From assembly GCA_963805565.1 (NCBI GenBank), contig CAWDUK010000004.1, positions 401,938 through 465,937 on the forward strand: 64,000 bases of DNA, in the 5' to 3' direction. A program made the translations under genes and the position numbers. This document shows positions 54,764-63,721 of this stretch, in pieces. The notes below the pieces were generated by a model that was not told where the DNA came from, did not search any database, and saw nothing but the letters and a program-made list of their open reading frames with translations. The DNA is from an uncultured Actinomycetota bacterium (lineage in GTDB: Bacteria > Actinomycetota > Thermoleophilia > Solirubrobacterales > Solirubrobacteraceae). The first letter of the stretch is position 1; the number at the start of each line of letters is the position of its first letter.

Positions 54764-54838
54764 CTCCGGGGGTGGGACTCGAACCCACAACCTCTCGCTT
54801 AACAGGCGAGCGCATTCTGCCAATTGAGCTACCCCGGA
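54764..54838 (-). tRNA. tRNA-Asn (anticodon GTT) with an atypical, 2-nt-longer D arm
   Basis: The reverse strand reads TCCGGGG-TA-GCTC-AATTGGCA-GAATGCG-CTCGC-CTGTTAA-GCGAG-AGGTT-GTGGG-TTCGAGT-CCCAC-CCCCGGA-G (75 nt). The acceptor, anticodon and T arms are perfect. The 3' half of the D stem reads GAATGC where GAGC is expected. Confidence 0.75.
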
Positions 54839-54876
54839 CCGTGCTACCACGAAAACGATAGCGCGAGCAGTGGATT

Positions 54877-55545
54877 CTACAAGCCGAGGTCGATGATGCC
54901 CTCCTCCACCTCGGCATGGCAGTTGCTGCACAGCAGGATGCACTTCTGCGCCTCGGCGCGCGCCTGCTCCAAGGAACGCGTCACCCCACGCAAGCTCAGG
55001 TTGAAGAGCTTGTGCGCGGGGTCTATGTGATGGAAGTGCAACGCCCTCGCACAGCGGTCATAGCCACAGACCCGGCATGCGCCACCAGCCTCCTGGACGA
55101 GCAACTGCTTGACCAGCCGCCGTCTACGTGACACCGCTTCGGATCTGCACTTCAGACACCTGTATCCGCCTGACTCGCGACGCTGAAACTCCGTGAGACC
55201 ATGCCGTACGCACTTGCGCAGGATTTGCTTCTCCCGCTTGTCATGGGGGATGCGCCGGGCCTGCTGTGTCTGCAACCCGAACTCGCGCAGCCAATGCCGC
55301 ACTGTCGACTTGCTGCGATCCACCGCTTGCGCGATCTGCTCGATCGTTGCGCCCGCCTCCACCAACGCCTCCAGCTCCTCGCGCGTCAGCCCTCCCCGCG
55401 CAGCATGCTTCTCCTGCTGCGCCGCTTTCAGGCCGTGCTTCTTGGCCCAGTAGCCGACCGTCGATTCGTGCAGGCCGTGGCGGCGGCCTATCTCCGCCAG
55501 AGAAAGACCCTCGGCCAGAAGCGCTTGCAGCTCGGCGCGATCCAT
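54877..55545 (-). CDS. HNH endonuclease with two N-terminal helix-turn-helix modules
   Basis: 222 aa with GGAGG as RBS. The duplicated HTHs are LSLAEIGRRHGLHESTVGYWAKKHGL and ATIEQIAQAVDRSKSTVRHWLREFGL. The HNH core is CRVCGYDR...LHFHHIDP...LLCSNCH. Confidence 0.8.
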   Translation of the reverse strand: MDRAELQALLAEGLSLAEIGRRHGLHESTVGYWAKKHGLKAAQQEKHAARGGLTREELEALVEAGATIEQIAQAVDRSKSTVRHWLREFGLQTQQARRIPHDKREKQILRKCVRHGLTEFQRRESGGYRCLKCRSEAVSRRRRLVKQLLVQEAGGACRVCGYDRCARALHFHHIDPAHKLFNLSLRGVTRSLEQARAEAQKCILLCSNCHAEVEEGIIDLGL

Positions 55546-55635
55546 ACGCCGAAGCCTCCACGATAAGACCGTAACATCCGTCCTGCAATGTGCCCTGCGT
55601 GTGACAGCTTTGTGCCAGGAGTGTGACTTCTCCCC

Positions 55636-57462
55636 CTATTCCCCGCTCTGCTCCATCGCCCGCTCCAGCGCCACGTCCAAGTCGCGCTTCATCTCCACCC
55701 GCCGGTGCGCGAGCTCGCTCACCTCACCCTCGGCCTGGGCCCGGGCAGCCTGGATTTCACGTTCGAGCCGCGAGAGCTCGAGCTGCAGGCAGGAGACCTC
55801 GAGCATCGCCTCGCCGGCCGGCTCCCTGCCGGCCTCCACGACGAGCTCGGCCAGCAGCCGCTGCAGCTCCCGATCGCGCTCGTCGACACCGGCGAGCGGG
55901 GCGTTGAGGTCGCCGGCGCTCAGATGCTGCGCGGCTCTGCGCAAGGCGCCGTCCGTGAAATGCTCCTCGGGGCGCAGACGCGAGAGCGCCCTGCCCCCCG
56001 CCTCCGGCGAGCCGATGCACAGCGCCAGGAAGGCGCGCTCGACCTGAGCGGCGCCGGCGCTCACGCCGGTGCGCGCCGGCGCCGTGCCCTGTCCTGCGCT
56101 GCCACGACCACCGGTCCCGCCGCCGGAGCCGCGCGCAGCCCCAGCGGAGCCGGAGAGCAGCCCTTCAAGCAGGCTCTGCGGCAGCGCAAGGCGTCCCGCG
56201 ACCATCTGCGCCAAGTCGAGCCGCAGCGCGCTTTGGGGCATGCTCGCAAAGATCGGCCGCAGCGCCTCGATGATCTTGTCGCGGCCCTCAGGGCTGCGCT
56301 CGTCGCCCCCCTCCAGCTCCCGCAGGACCCGAAAGCGCACGAACGGGACCGAAGCTTGCACGGCCGCCTGCATCGCCTCGGCGCCCTCGCGCTGGATCAG
56401 CTCCGCAGGATCCATTCCGCCGGGCATCTGCACCACCCGCAGCTCGAGTTTCCGTGCCGCGGCAAGCCGCGCCGCCTTGAGCATCGCCTCCTGCCCGGCG
56501 GTGTCGGCATCCAGCGCAAGCAGCACGACCTGCGCCATCCGCGAGAGCTCGGCGACCTGGCTCTCGGTCAGCGCCGTGCCCATCAGCCCCACGCTCGCGG
56601 GCATTCCCGCCTGGTGCAGGGCGATCACGTCGGTGTAGCCCTCGCAGAGGATCACGCTTCCCGCCTTGGCGGCATGGGCGCGCGCCAGATGGGAGCCGTA
56701 GAGGTGCATCCCCTTGTGGTAGATCTCGTTGTCGGAGGTGTTCAGGTACTTCGGGCCGCGTCTGCCGCTCTGCGAAGCGTCCGCGATCTCCCGCGCGCCG
56801 AACCCGAGCACGCGCCCGCGCATGTCGGCAAGCGGAAACATGATCCGTCGCCTGAAGCGGTCATATGCGCTGCGGCCGGCCTCGCGCGAGCGCTGGGCAA
56901 GGCCGGTCTGGAGCAGCTCCTGCTCGCTGAAGCCGGCGCGGCGGGATGCGAGCAGCACCTTGTCCCAGGCGCTCGGCGAGTAGCCGACGCCGAAATCCTT
57001 CAGCGCCTGCTCGGAGAGACCCCTGCCGAGCAGGTACCCGCGCGCGCCCTTCGCCTCGCCGGCGTCCCAAAGCACGCGCTCGTAATAGACGGCGGTCCTT
57101 GCCAGCAACGAGAGCAGCCGCTCGCGGCGCTGGCGGCGCTGCGCCTCCTGCGGGTCCTCCTGCTCGCGCTCGAGCTCGATGCCGCTGCGTTCTGCAAGCA
57201 GCTCCAGCGCGCCCTTGAAGTCCACGCCCTCCGTCTCTTCCACGAAGGTGAATAGGTCGCCGGAGGCCTGGCAACCGAAGCAGTAGTAGACCTTCTGCAC
57301 CGGGTCGATCCCGAAGGAGGGCGAGCGCTCGTCGTGGAAGGGGCAAAGTCCCTCATAGCGGGTCGGCCCTGCCCGCCGCAGCTCGGTGCGCGCGGAGACG
57401 AGCTCCACGAAGTCCACGGCGTCGCGCACGCGGTCCCGGCTCTGGGGTGTATAGAGGGCCAT
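55636..57462 (-). CDS. dnaG: DNA primase
   Basis: 608 aa with the zinc ribbon CPFHDERSPSFGIDPVQKVYYCFGC, a TOPRIM region (...ILCEGYTDVIAL...LALDADTAGQEA...) and a C-terminal helicase-interaction domain. Confidence 0.95.
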   Translation of the reverse strand: MALYTPQSRDRVRDAVDFVELVSARTELRRAGPTRYEGLCPFHDERSPSFGIDPVQKVYYCFGCQASGDLFTFVEETEGVDFKGALELLAERSGIELEREQEDPQEAQRRQRRERLLSLLARTAVYYERVLWDAGEAKGARGYLLGRGLSEQALKDFGVGYSPSAWDKVLLASRRAGFSEQELLQTGLAQRSREAGRSAYDRFRRRIMFPLADMRGRVLGFGAREIADASQSGRRGPKYLNTSDNEIYHKGMHLYGSHLARAHAAKAGSVILCEGYTDVIALHQAGMPASVGLMGTALTESQVAELSRMAQVVLLALDADTAGQEAMLKAARLAAARKLELRVVQMPGGMDPAELIQREGAEAMQAAVQASVPFVRFRVLRELEGGDERSPEGRDKIIEALRPIFASMPQSALRLDLAQMVAGRLALPQSLLEGLLSGSAGAARGSGGGTGGRGSAGQGTAPARTGVSAGAAQVERAFLALCIGSPEAGGRALSRLRPEEHFTDGALRRAAQHLSAGDLNAPLAGVDERDRELQRLLAELVVEAGREPAGEAMLEVSCLQLELSRLEREIQAARAQAEGEVSELAHRRVEMKRDLDVALERAMEQSGE

Positions 57463-57504
57463 CGTGGCAACGCTAGTGGTTCGGGACGGGCCACGGGAGC
57501 ACGC

Positions 57505-58539
57505 TCAGCGCGCGAAGGCCTGCGGGACCTTCAGGTCCGTGTAGGCCCTGATGCAGTAGCGGTCGGTCATCCCGGCCAGATAGTCGGTCACGCGCTGGGC
57601 AAGCGAAGTGCCTGCCGGCGCGGGCGGCAGCTCGTCGGGGCTCTCGACGTAGTGGATGAAGAGCGCCCTGATCACCGCGTCGATCCGCTCACGCTCGGCG
57701 CGCACCGCCGGACCGAGGTAGACCCGCTCGAACATGAAGCTGCGCAGCTGCGCCATCGCCTGCCCCGCCTGCGCCCCCTGCACGATGTCACCCTCGGCCT
57801 GTGAGCTCTCGACCATGTCGTGCACGAGCGCGTCGATGCGCTGGGAGCCGGTAGCGCCGAGGATCGCGATCGGCTCGGCAGGCAGGTCGCACTCGGCCAG
57901 CAGGCCGGCCCGCACCGCGTCGTCGATGTCGTGGTTGATGTAGGCGACTCGGTCGATGACCCGCACGATCCGACCCTCGAGCGTCTTTGGCTGCGGCGCG
58001 CCGCCGGAGTGGTTTGCGATCCCGTCGCGAACCTGCTCGGTGAGGTTCAAGCCGACTCCGTCGCGCTCCAGCGCGTCCACGACCCGCAGCGAGTGCTCGA
58101 AGTGGCGAAAGCCGCTGCCGAAGCGCTCCTGCAGACAGGCGTCCAGCGCCTCCTCGCCGATGTGCCCGAAGGGCGTGTGCCCGAGGTCGTGACCGAGCCC
58201 GATCGCCTCGGTGAGATCCTCGTTGAGCTGCAGCGCCCTTGCAACGGTGCGCGAGATGCCCGTCACCTCCAGGGTGTGAGTCAGGCGCGTGCGGTAGTGA
58301 TCCCCGGCGGGGGCGACGAACACCTGCGTCTTGTGTGTGAGCCTGCGAAACGCCTTGCAGTGCACGATCCGGTCGCGGTCGCGCTGAAACGGCGTGCGCA
58401 GCCCGCAGTCATCCTCCGGCCGCTGCCGCAGCGCCGGGTAGGAGCGTGCCGCAAGCGGCGATAGCGACTCCTGCTCGAACGCCTGCCGCCGCGCCGCGAA
58501 GCGCGCGGCCACCTGATCTGGGCTGGTTGCAAGGCTCAT
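57505..58539 (-). CDS. dgt: dGTP triphosphohydrolase-like HD-domain protein
   Basis: 344 aa, ...FQRDRDRIVHCKAFRRLTHKTQVF...RTRLTHTLEV...GHDLGHTPFGH.... It sits in the classic position upstream of dnaG. Confidence 0.92.
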   Translation of the reverse strand: MSLATSPDQVAARFAARRQAFEQESLSPLAARSYPALRQRPEDDCGLRTPFQRDRDRIVHCKAFRRLTHKTQVFVAPAGDHYRTRLTHTLEVTGISRTVARALQLNEDLTEAIGLGHDLGHTPFGHIGEEALDACLQERFGSGFRHFEHSLRVVDALERDGVGLNLTEQVRDGIANHSGGAPQPKTLEGRIVRVIDRVAYINHDIDDAVRAGLLAECDLPAEPIAILGATGSQRIDALVHDMVESSQAEGDIVQGAQAGQAMAQLRSFMFERVYLGPAVRAERERIDAVIRALFIHYVESPDELPPAPAGTSLAQRVTDYLAGMTDRYCIRAYTDLKVPQAFAR

Positions 58540-58566
58540 ATGCTCGATTGTGGCAGCGGCGGCGGA

Positions 58567-59283
58567 TCAGCCCACTGGCGCAAGCCGCAGATGCGCGTGG
58601 TGCTCGAGCATCTGCGAGATCGCCCGCTCGACCTGGGAGAGCGCCGGCTCGGGCGCGTCAGGCGCCTGCGCCAGAGGGCTGCCGAGCGAGCCCGTCATGA
58701 AGCTGTGTGCGTGCTCGCCGATCGCAAAGGAGCCTGCCTCGCAGGCTCCGCAAACCACGCCACCGGCGGCGCCCGAGAAGCCGGTCAGATGCTCGCCCTC
58801 GCCGCAGCTGGCGCAGGCGCCGAGCTGCGGGGCAAGGCCCGCGGCGTGCAGCAGCTTCAGGCGGAAGGCAAGTGAGCCGGCGCGCCTTGCGGCCAGCGGC
58901 TGCTCATCCAGCAGCTTCAGCTGGCGGCAGAGCAGGTTGAAGACGTGCGGATGGGGCTCGGCCGTCTCGAATATCCGCGCGACGGCGTCGCAGGCGCGCG
59001 CGGCGGCGTGCAGCGCGGGGCCGTCGCCACGCAGGCGCGGATGAGCATCGACTGTCTGCGCGCCCGTGACGGTCATCAGCTCGCCGCGGCCTTCGTGCAT
59101 CTCGATGCCGATCCGAAAGAATGGCTCAAGGCGCCCGCCGAAGCGGCTGTGCGTACGGCGCACCCCCTTCGCGATCGCGGCCAGGCGGCCGCGGGCGGGG
59201 GTGTAGAGATGCAGGATCCTGTCTGCCTCCCCATAGCGAATCGAGCGCAGCACGACGGCTTCTGTCTTGATCAGACCTGGCAT
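58567..59283 (-). CDS. recO: DNA repair protein RecO
   Basis: ORF 58567-59385 trimmed to ATG 59283, giving MPGLIKTEAVVLRSIRYGEADRILHLYTP.... The zinc motif is CASCGE...CGAC. Confidence 0.9.
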   Translation of the reverse strand: MPGLIKTEAVVLRSIRYGEADRILHLYTPARGRLAAIAKGVRRTHSRFGGRLEPFFRIGIEMHEGRGELMTVTGAQTVDAHPRLRGDGPALHAAARACDAVARIFETAEPHPHVFNLLCRQLKLLDEQPLAARRAGSLAFRLKLLHAAGLAPQLGACASCGEGEHLTGFSGAAGGVVCGACEAGSFAIGEHAHSFMTGSLGSPLAQAPDAPEPALSQVERAISQMLEHHAHLRLAPVG

Positions 59284-59365
59284 CAAGCCGAGTCTAGGGT
59301 TCGCTGCGGCGGTGCCGGCAGCGCTCTGCGAGCCGTCAACCGACGTCGCTATACTTTGTAAAGCG

Positions 59366-59626
59366 ATGTCCGGCAGCCAGATCACCGTCTACACGACCAA
59401 TCGCTGCCCCTACTGTGTGCAGGTCAAGCGGCTGCTCGATTCCAAGGGGCTCGCCTACGAAGAGATCAATCTCGACCGGGACCCCGAAGGCCGCATGGAG
59501 CTGGTCAAGCTCACCGGCATGATGACCTTCCCCCAGGTGCTCGTCGACGGGCAGCTCGTCGGCGGCTTCAACGAGACGCAGGCCGCCGCCCGGAGCGGCC
59601 GGCTCGACGAGCTTCTCGCCGCCTGA
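59366..59626 (+). CDS. Glutaredoxin
   Basis: ATG 59366 gives MSGSQITVYTTNRCPYCVQVKRLLDSKG...TFPQVLVDGQLVGGF... (CPYC active site); 86 aa. Confidence 0.88.
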   Translation: MSGSQITVYTTNRCPYCVQVKRLLDSKGLAYEEINLDRDPEGRMELVKLTGMMTFPQVLVDGQLVGGFNETQAAARSGRLDELLAA

Positions 59627-60503
59627 GCGCGGCAAGGCCACCCGCAGCGCCGCCCACCCTGGCCCCTCGCGGCGGCTTCTGGCAGTGCTCGCAAACGTAG
59701 GTCCCTCTGCCCGCCACCACCAGCTTGACGATTGGTGTGCCGCAGCGCGGGCAGGGCTCATCGGCACGCAGGTGGACCATGAAGCGGTCCTGAAAGCTGC
59801 CGCTGACCCCGTCGATGTGCCTGAAGTCATCGATCGAGGCGCCCTTGGCGTCGATCCCCGCCCGTAGCGCGTCGATCACGCCCTCCCGCAGCGCCGCCGC
59901 CTGTGCCTTGGTCAGCGTGCCAGCCGCCCGCGCGGGGTGGACACGCGCCGCGAACAGCGCCTCGTCTGCGTAGATGTTGCCGACGCCGGCGATCCGCTTC
60001 TGGTCCAGCAGCAGCGCCTTGATCGGCGTCCTTCTCCCCCGTGTCTGGCGCCACAGGTGCTCGATGGTGAAGCCGGGGTCAAACGGCTCAAGACCCAGCC
60101 GCGAGGCGAAGAAGTCCTCCAGCGCCTGGGCACCGAACACCAGTTGCGCGGTGCCAAAGCGGCGCTGGTCGACGATCGCAAGCCGCGTGAGCTTGCGGCC
60201 TGGGCCGCGCAGCTGGATCCGCACCCGCACATGCTGGGTCTCAGGGTCGGGCTCCAGCAGGATCGCTCCGCTCATCCGCAGGTGCTGGATCAGGAACAGC
60301 TCGCCCTCAAGCACCCAGATCAGGTACTTGCCCCGGCGGCCAAGCCGCTCGATGTGCCGGCCCTGCACGACCTCGGAGAGCTCCTCCGGAGCCAGCGGCG
60401 CACTCCAGCGCGGATCGAGCACCTGCATCGCGACGATCCGCCTGCCCTCCACGACCGGCGCAAGCTGCCCGCGGATCGTCTCGACCTCGGGCAGCTCAGG
60501 CAT
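59568..60503 (-). CDS. mutM: Formamidopyrimidine-DNA glycosylase (Fpg/Nei family)
   Basis: ATG 60503 gives MPELPEVETIRGQL..., with an H2TH region and the zinc finger CPRCGTPIVKLVVAGRGTYVCEHCQ. A ~40-aa basic tail follows and overlaps the 3' end of the glutaredoxin gene. Confidence 0.88.
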   Translation of the reverse strand: MPELPEVETIRGQLAPVVEGRRIVAMQVLDPRWSAPLAPEELSEVVQGRHIERLGRRGKYLIWVLEGELFLIQHLRMSGAILLEPDPETQHVRVRIQLRGPGRKLTRLAIVDQRRFGTAQLVFGAQALEDFFASRLGLEPFDPGFTIEHLWRQTRGRRTPIKALLLDQKRIAGVGNIYADEALFAARVHPARAAGTLTKAQAAALREGVIDALRAGIDAKGASIDDFRHIDGVSGSFQDRFMVHLRADEPCPRCGTPIVKLVVAGRGTYVCEHCQKPPRGARVGGAAGGLAALRRREARRAGRSGRRPASR

Positions 60504-61683
60504 CCCCGTCCCCCAGGAATGAGCGACCCGGCATCGCTGCCACACGATCCCCCGTCAGCCACAACAGCGCGCTTGCGCCCACATCGGCCAGCGGCCCGTC
60601 ATGGCGTGCGCCGGCGAGGCCATCGCGCAGCATCGCGCCCGTGAGCGCAAGCAGCGGCGCGTGCTCGCGAGTGTGGTCGCCCGATGGATGGCGCGGGTCG
60701 ACGCCGTGGTCGGCTGTTATGACCAGCAGGTCCTGTGGGCGCAGCTGGGCAAGCCACCCCGCCAGCTGCACGTCGATCTGCTGCAACGCAGCATGAAAGC
60801 CCTGCAAGTCCTTGCGGTGCCCATAGACCTGGTCTGTCTCGATCAGGTTTACGAAGATCATTCCTTCCTGCATACCTTGCAACAGCGCAGAGGTGCTCTC
60901 CAGCGCAGCCCCGTTCGTGGCCCCGGGGTGCGACTCGTCGATCCCCGTACCGCCGAACAGATCGCTCACCTTGCCCACGCCGTGCACCGGCACTCCGCGC
61001 TGCTGCATCTCCTGCAGATAGGTGCGGTGCGGCGGTGCAAGCGTGTAGTCGCGCCGGCCCTCGGTGCGTGCGAAGGCGCCCTCCGGCCCCGTGAACGGCC
61101 GGGCGATCACACGTCCGACGGCGTGCTGCCCGCTGAGCACGCCGCGCGCCGCAACGCAGGCTGCATAAAGATCCTGCTCGCCGACACGCTCCACATGGGC
61201 CGCTATCTGCACGACCGAGTCGGTGGAGGTGTAGAGGATCAGCGCGCCGGTTTGCAGATGCTCTGCGCCGAACTGCTCGATTGCCTTGATGCCGTTGCTC
61301 GGCCGATTGCAGATGACGCGCGCTCCGATCGCCTGCCTCAGCTGGTCCAGCAACGGCTGCGGCAGCCCCTCCGGATAGGTGGGCAGCGGATGATCGAGCA
61401 CGACGCCCATCAGCTCCCAGTGGCCGCTGGTGGAGTCCTTGCCGGGCCCGAGCGCGTGCAGGCGTCCGTGAATCACGGGGCGCTCGCTGGGCGGCACGCC
61501 CGCAAGCTGCAGGATGCTGCCGAGACCCAGCTGCTGCAGGCAGGGCAGCGAGAGCCCGCCGAGGTCATCGGCCAGATGCGCAAGCGTGTTGGTCCCCGCG
61601 TCGCCGTAGTCGGCGGCGTCAGGCAGAGCGCCCACTCCGCATGCGTCGATCACAAGCACGATTGCCCGTCGGCCCGCTCTCAT
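60496..61683 (-). CDS. deoB: Phosphopentomutase
   Basis: ATG 61683 (the ORF-track TTG at 61701 is an alternative) gives MRAGRRAIVLVIDACGVGALPDAADYGDAGTNTL...ITADHGVDP.... The stop overlaps the mutM start by 8 nt. Confidence 0.9.
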   Translation of the reverse strand: MRAGRRAIVLVIDACGVGALPDAADYGDAGTNTLAHLADDLGGLSLPCLQQLGLGSILQLAGVPPSERPVIHGRLHALGPGKDSTSGHWELMGVVLDHPLPTYPEGLPQPLLDQLRQAIGARVICNRPSNGIKAIEQFGAEHLQTGALILYTSTDSVVQIAAHVERVGEQDLYAACVAARGVLSGQHAVGRVIARPFTGPEGAFARTEGRRDYTLAPPHRTYLQEMQQRGVPVHGVGKVSDLFGGTGIDESHPGATNGAALESTSALLQGMQEGMIFVNLIETDQVYGHRKDLQGFHAALQQIDVQLAGWLAQLRPQDLLVITADHGVDPRHPSGDHTREHAPLLALTGAMLRDGLAGARHDGPLADVGASALLWLTGDRVAAMPGRSFLGDGDA

Positions 61684-61703
61684 CTCCCTCACGGCGCGCA
61701 AGC

Positions 61704-62690
61704 CTAGCCATCCGCGGAACGGGAGCGCCGCGCGCGGGGATGAGCGGAGAAGTAGGCGTCCTTCAGCCGGTCGGTGGTGAGGTGGGTGTACAGCTGGGTG
61801 GTGGCAAGATCGGCATGCCCAAGCATCTCCTGCAGCGCGCGCAGATCGCAGCCGCCCGCCAACAGGTGCGTGGCGAAGCTGTGACGCAGCGTGTGCGGGC
61901 TCATGCGCTGCGCCAGGCCGGCGCTGCCGGCGTGAGACATGATCACCTTGTAGAGGCCCTGCCTGCTGATCGCACCGCCGCGCGAGTTGACGAGGAGCCT
62001 GCTCTGCACGGCGTTGCCGACAAGCACCGGGCGACCCCGCGACACATAGACGCGCAGCGCAGCGACCGCGAGCCTCCCGACCGGCACGATCCGCTCCTTG
62101 GAGCCCTTGCCGCGCGCCCGCAAAAGCCCCTCCTCCAGGTCGACGTCGCCGACCTCCAGCACGACCGCCTCGGAGATCCGCAGCCCGCAGGCGTACATCA
62201 GCTCCAGCAGCGCCCGGTCGCGCAACGCAAGCGGATCGGTCCCGCGCGGCTGGGCGAGCAGCTGCGCCACCTGCTCGCGCGAGAGCACCCCAGGCAGACG
62301 GCGCGCGCGCCGCTGCCAGCGCAGATCGGCCGTCGGATCGTGGTCGATCAGCTCCTCGCGCCGCAGGTGCTTGTAGAAGGAGCGGATGCTCGCGGCCTTG
62401 CGCTGCAACGTGCTGGGCGCAAGCGCCGCCCGGGCGGGCCGGCCGTTGCGTGGATCCTCCTCCACAGGCTGCGCGAGCATCGCCAGGAAGGCGGCGAGAT
62501 CGCCGTGGCGGGCCTGCAGCAGGTCCACGCCTCGCGCATCCAGAAACTCGCTCAGCGCCAGCAGATCAGCGCGGTAGGCGGCCAGCGTGTGCCTTGAGGC
62601 GCCGCGCTCAAGCTCCAGGTGGGCCAGGAAGTCGAGGATCAGCGACTGTGCCCGTGGCGGAGCTGTGGCGGCGCCCTGCCTCACTGCCAC
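61704..62690 (-). CDS. xerD: Site-specific tyrosine recombinase XerD
   Basis: 328 aa, GTG start. ...LDFLAHLELERGASRHTLAAYRADL..., with the catalytic ...HTLRHSFATHLL...GHADLATTQLYTH... motif. Confidence 0.92.
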   Translation of the reverse strand: MAVRQGAATAPPRAQSLILDFLAHLELERGASRHTLAAYRADLLALSEFLDARGVDLLQARHGDLAAFLAMLAQPVEEDPRNGRPARAALAPSTLQRKAASIRSFYKHLRREELIDHDPTADLRWQRRARRLPGVLSREQVAQLLAQPRGTDPLALRDRALLELMYACGLRISEAVVLEVGDVDLEEGLLRARGKGSKERIVPVGRLAVAALRVYVSRGRPVLVGNAVQSRLLVNSRGGAISRQGLYKVIMSHAGSAGLAQRMSPHTLRHSFATHLLAGGCDLRALQEMLGHADLATTQLYTHLTTDRLKDAYFSAHPRARRSRSADG

Positions 62691-63433
62691 TCCTCCTCGT
62701 GCAGCAGCTCCGCCAGCACGCTGCCGGCGGCCAGTGCAGATGCGTAGAGCAGCGGCTGCGCCAGCAGCGGCGCGGCGCCATCTGGAGCTGGAACGCGCGC
62801 GCCCGCGAAGCCGACGAGGTCCACCGGCGCGCGGCGCCAGTCGTGCCTTGCGATCCGCGCCGGCCTGTCGACGCCAAGGGCAAGCTGCGACTGACGGGCT
62901 GAGGGGTCGAAGACCGATCGCAGTCCCTCGCGCAGCTCGCGTCCTACCGGCGAGCGGATCCCTGCCGGCAGCGCGACGGTGACCGGCTCGGCCAGCTCGT
63001 CAAGCAACGCCAGCGTGCGCTCGGAGAGCATCTGGTGCTGGTCTGCCAGCGTGCTGTGCATCTGCGCCACGAGCACCGTGTCGCATTCGCGCGCGCTGGC
63101 CGCGCCGGCGCACTCTAAGGCTGGATCGCTCTCACCATCCAAGGAGATCTCCGCGAGAAAGACCGCCGCGTCGAAGCTGAGATCACCGAACCCCAGATCC
63201 AGCGCCTCAGCCGCGCTGAGCGCCTCGCCCGAGCCGCCGGGTGCGCCCGCCACGAGCTCGCCGGCGATCAGTTCCCTGCCGCGCAGCGCCGCCAACATAC
63301 TCGCGCGCTCAGGCGTGCCCGCCCCATCTACGCAGATCACGCCCAGCCGGGCTCCAGGCGCGGCCTGCGCAAAGGACCATGCAAGCGCACCCAGCTGCCC
63401 ATCGAGGAGGAGCACCGAGACGGCGTCGCTCAT
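62681..63433 (-). CDS. Hypothetical protein (acidic, Ala/Leu-rich), translationally coupled to xerD
   Basis: About 250 aa from ATG 63433 (GTG 63436 is an alternative), with GGAGG just upstream. The stop overlaps the xerD start by 10 nt. I recognised no family. Coding status rests on ORF length, coupling and G/C-rich third positions. Confidence 0.5.
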   Translation of the reverse strand: MSDAVSVLLLDGQLGALAWSFAQAAPGARLGVICVDGAGTPERASMLAALRGRELIAGELVAGAPGGSGEALSAAEALDLGFGDLSFDAAVFLAEISLDGESDPALECAGAASARECDTVLVAQMHSTLADQHQMLSERTLALLDELAEPVTVALPAGIRSPVGRELREGLRSVFDPSARQSQLALGVDRPARIARHDWRRAPVDLVGFAGARVPAPDGAAPLLAQPLLYASALAAGSVLAELLHEEEWQ

Positions 63434-63448
63434 CACGCCTCCGCGAGA

Positions 63449-63721
63449 TCAGCGGGAGTCCGGCGGCGGACTGGCTGGCGGCGGCGCGCCTGCCCCTCCG
63501 GGGGCGAGCGCCTTCGCCGCGGGCCACTGCACGTCGACGTCAAGCTCGTAGGCGCAATCCGGCAGGCTCGCCATCTCCTGCAGGCGGCGAATCAGCTCGG
63601 CCGTGGCCTCCGCGACGTCCTGCTCGCGATCGGCGTGCAACGTGAAGCTGGCCGTGAGGCTCGCGCGAGCGCCCGGGAGGGCGGGCGCCGAGCCATCGCC
63701 GGTGTGCGAGGTCCCACTCAC
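63449..63721 (-). CDS. Hypothetical small protein
   Basis: 90 aa. Its start overlaps the pyrG stop by 4 nt. I recognised no family, and the C-terminus is low complexity. Confidence 0.35.
   Translation of the reverse strand: MSGTSHTGDGSAPALPGARASLTASFTLHADREQDVAEATAELIRRLQEMASLPDCAYELDVDVQWPAAKALAPGGAGAPPPASPPPDSR

Noticed and set aside
59350-59355. TATACT hexamer 10 nt upstream of the glutaredoxin ATG, as a leaderless-mRNA promoter
   Set aside because: There is no acceptable -35 element at 16-18-nt spacing, and a single hexamer match is weak evidence. I did not list it as a feature.
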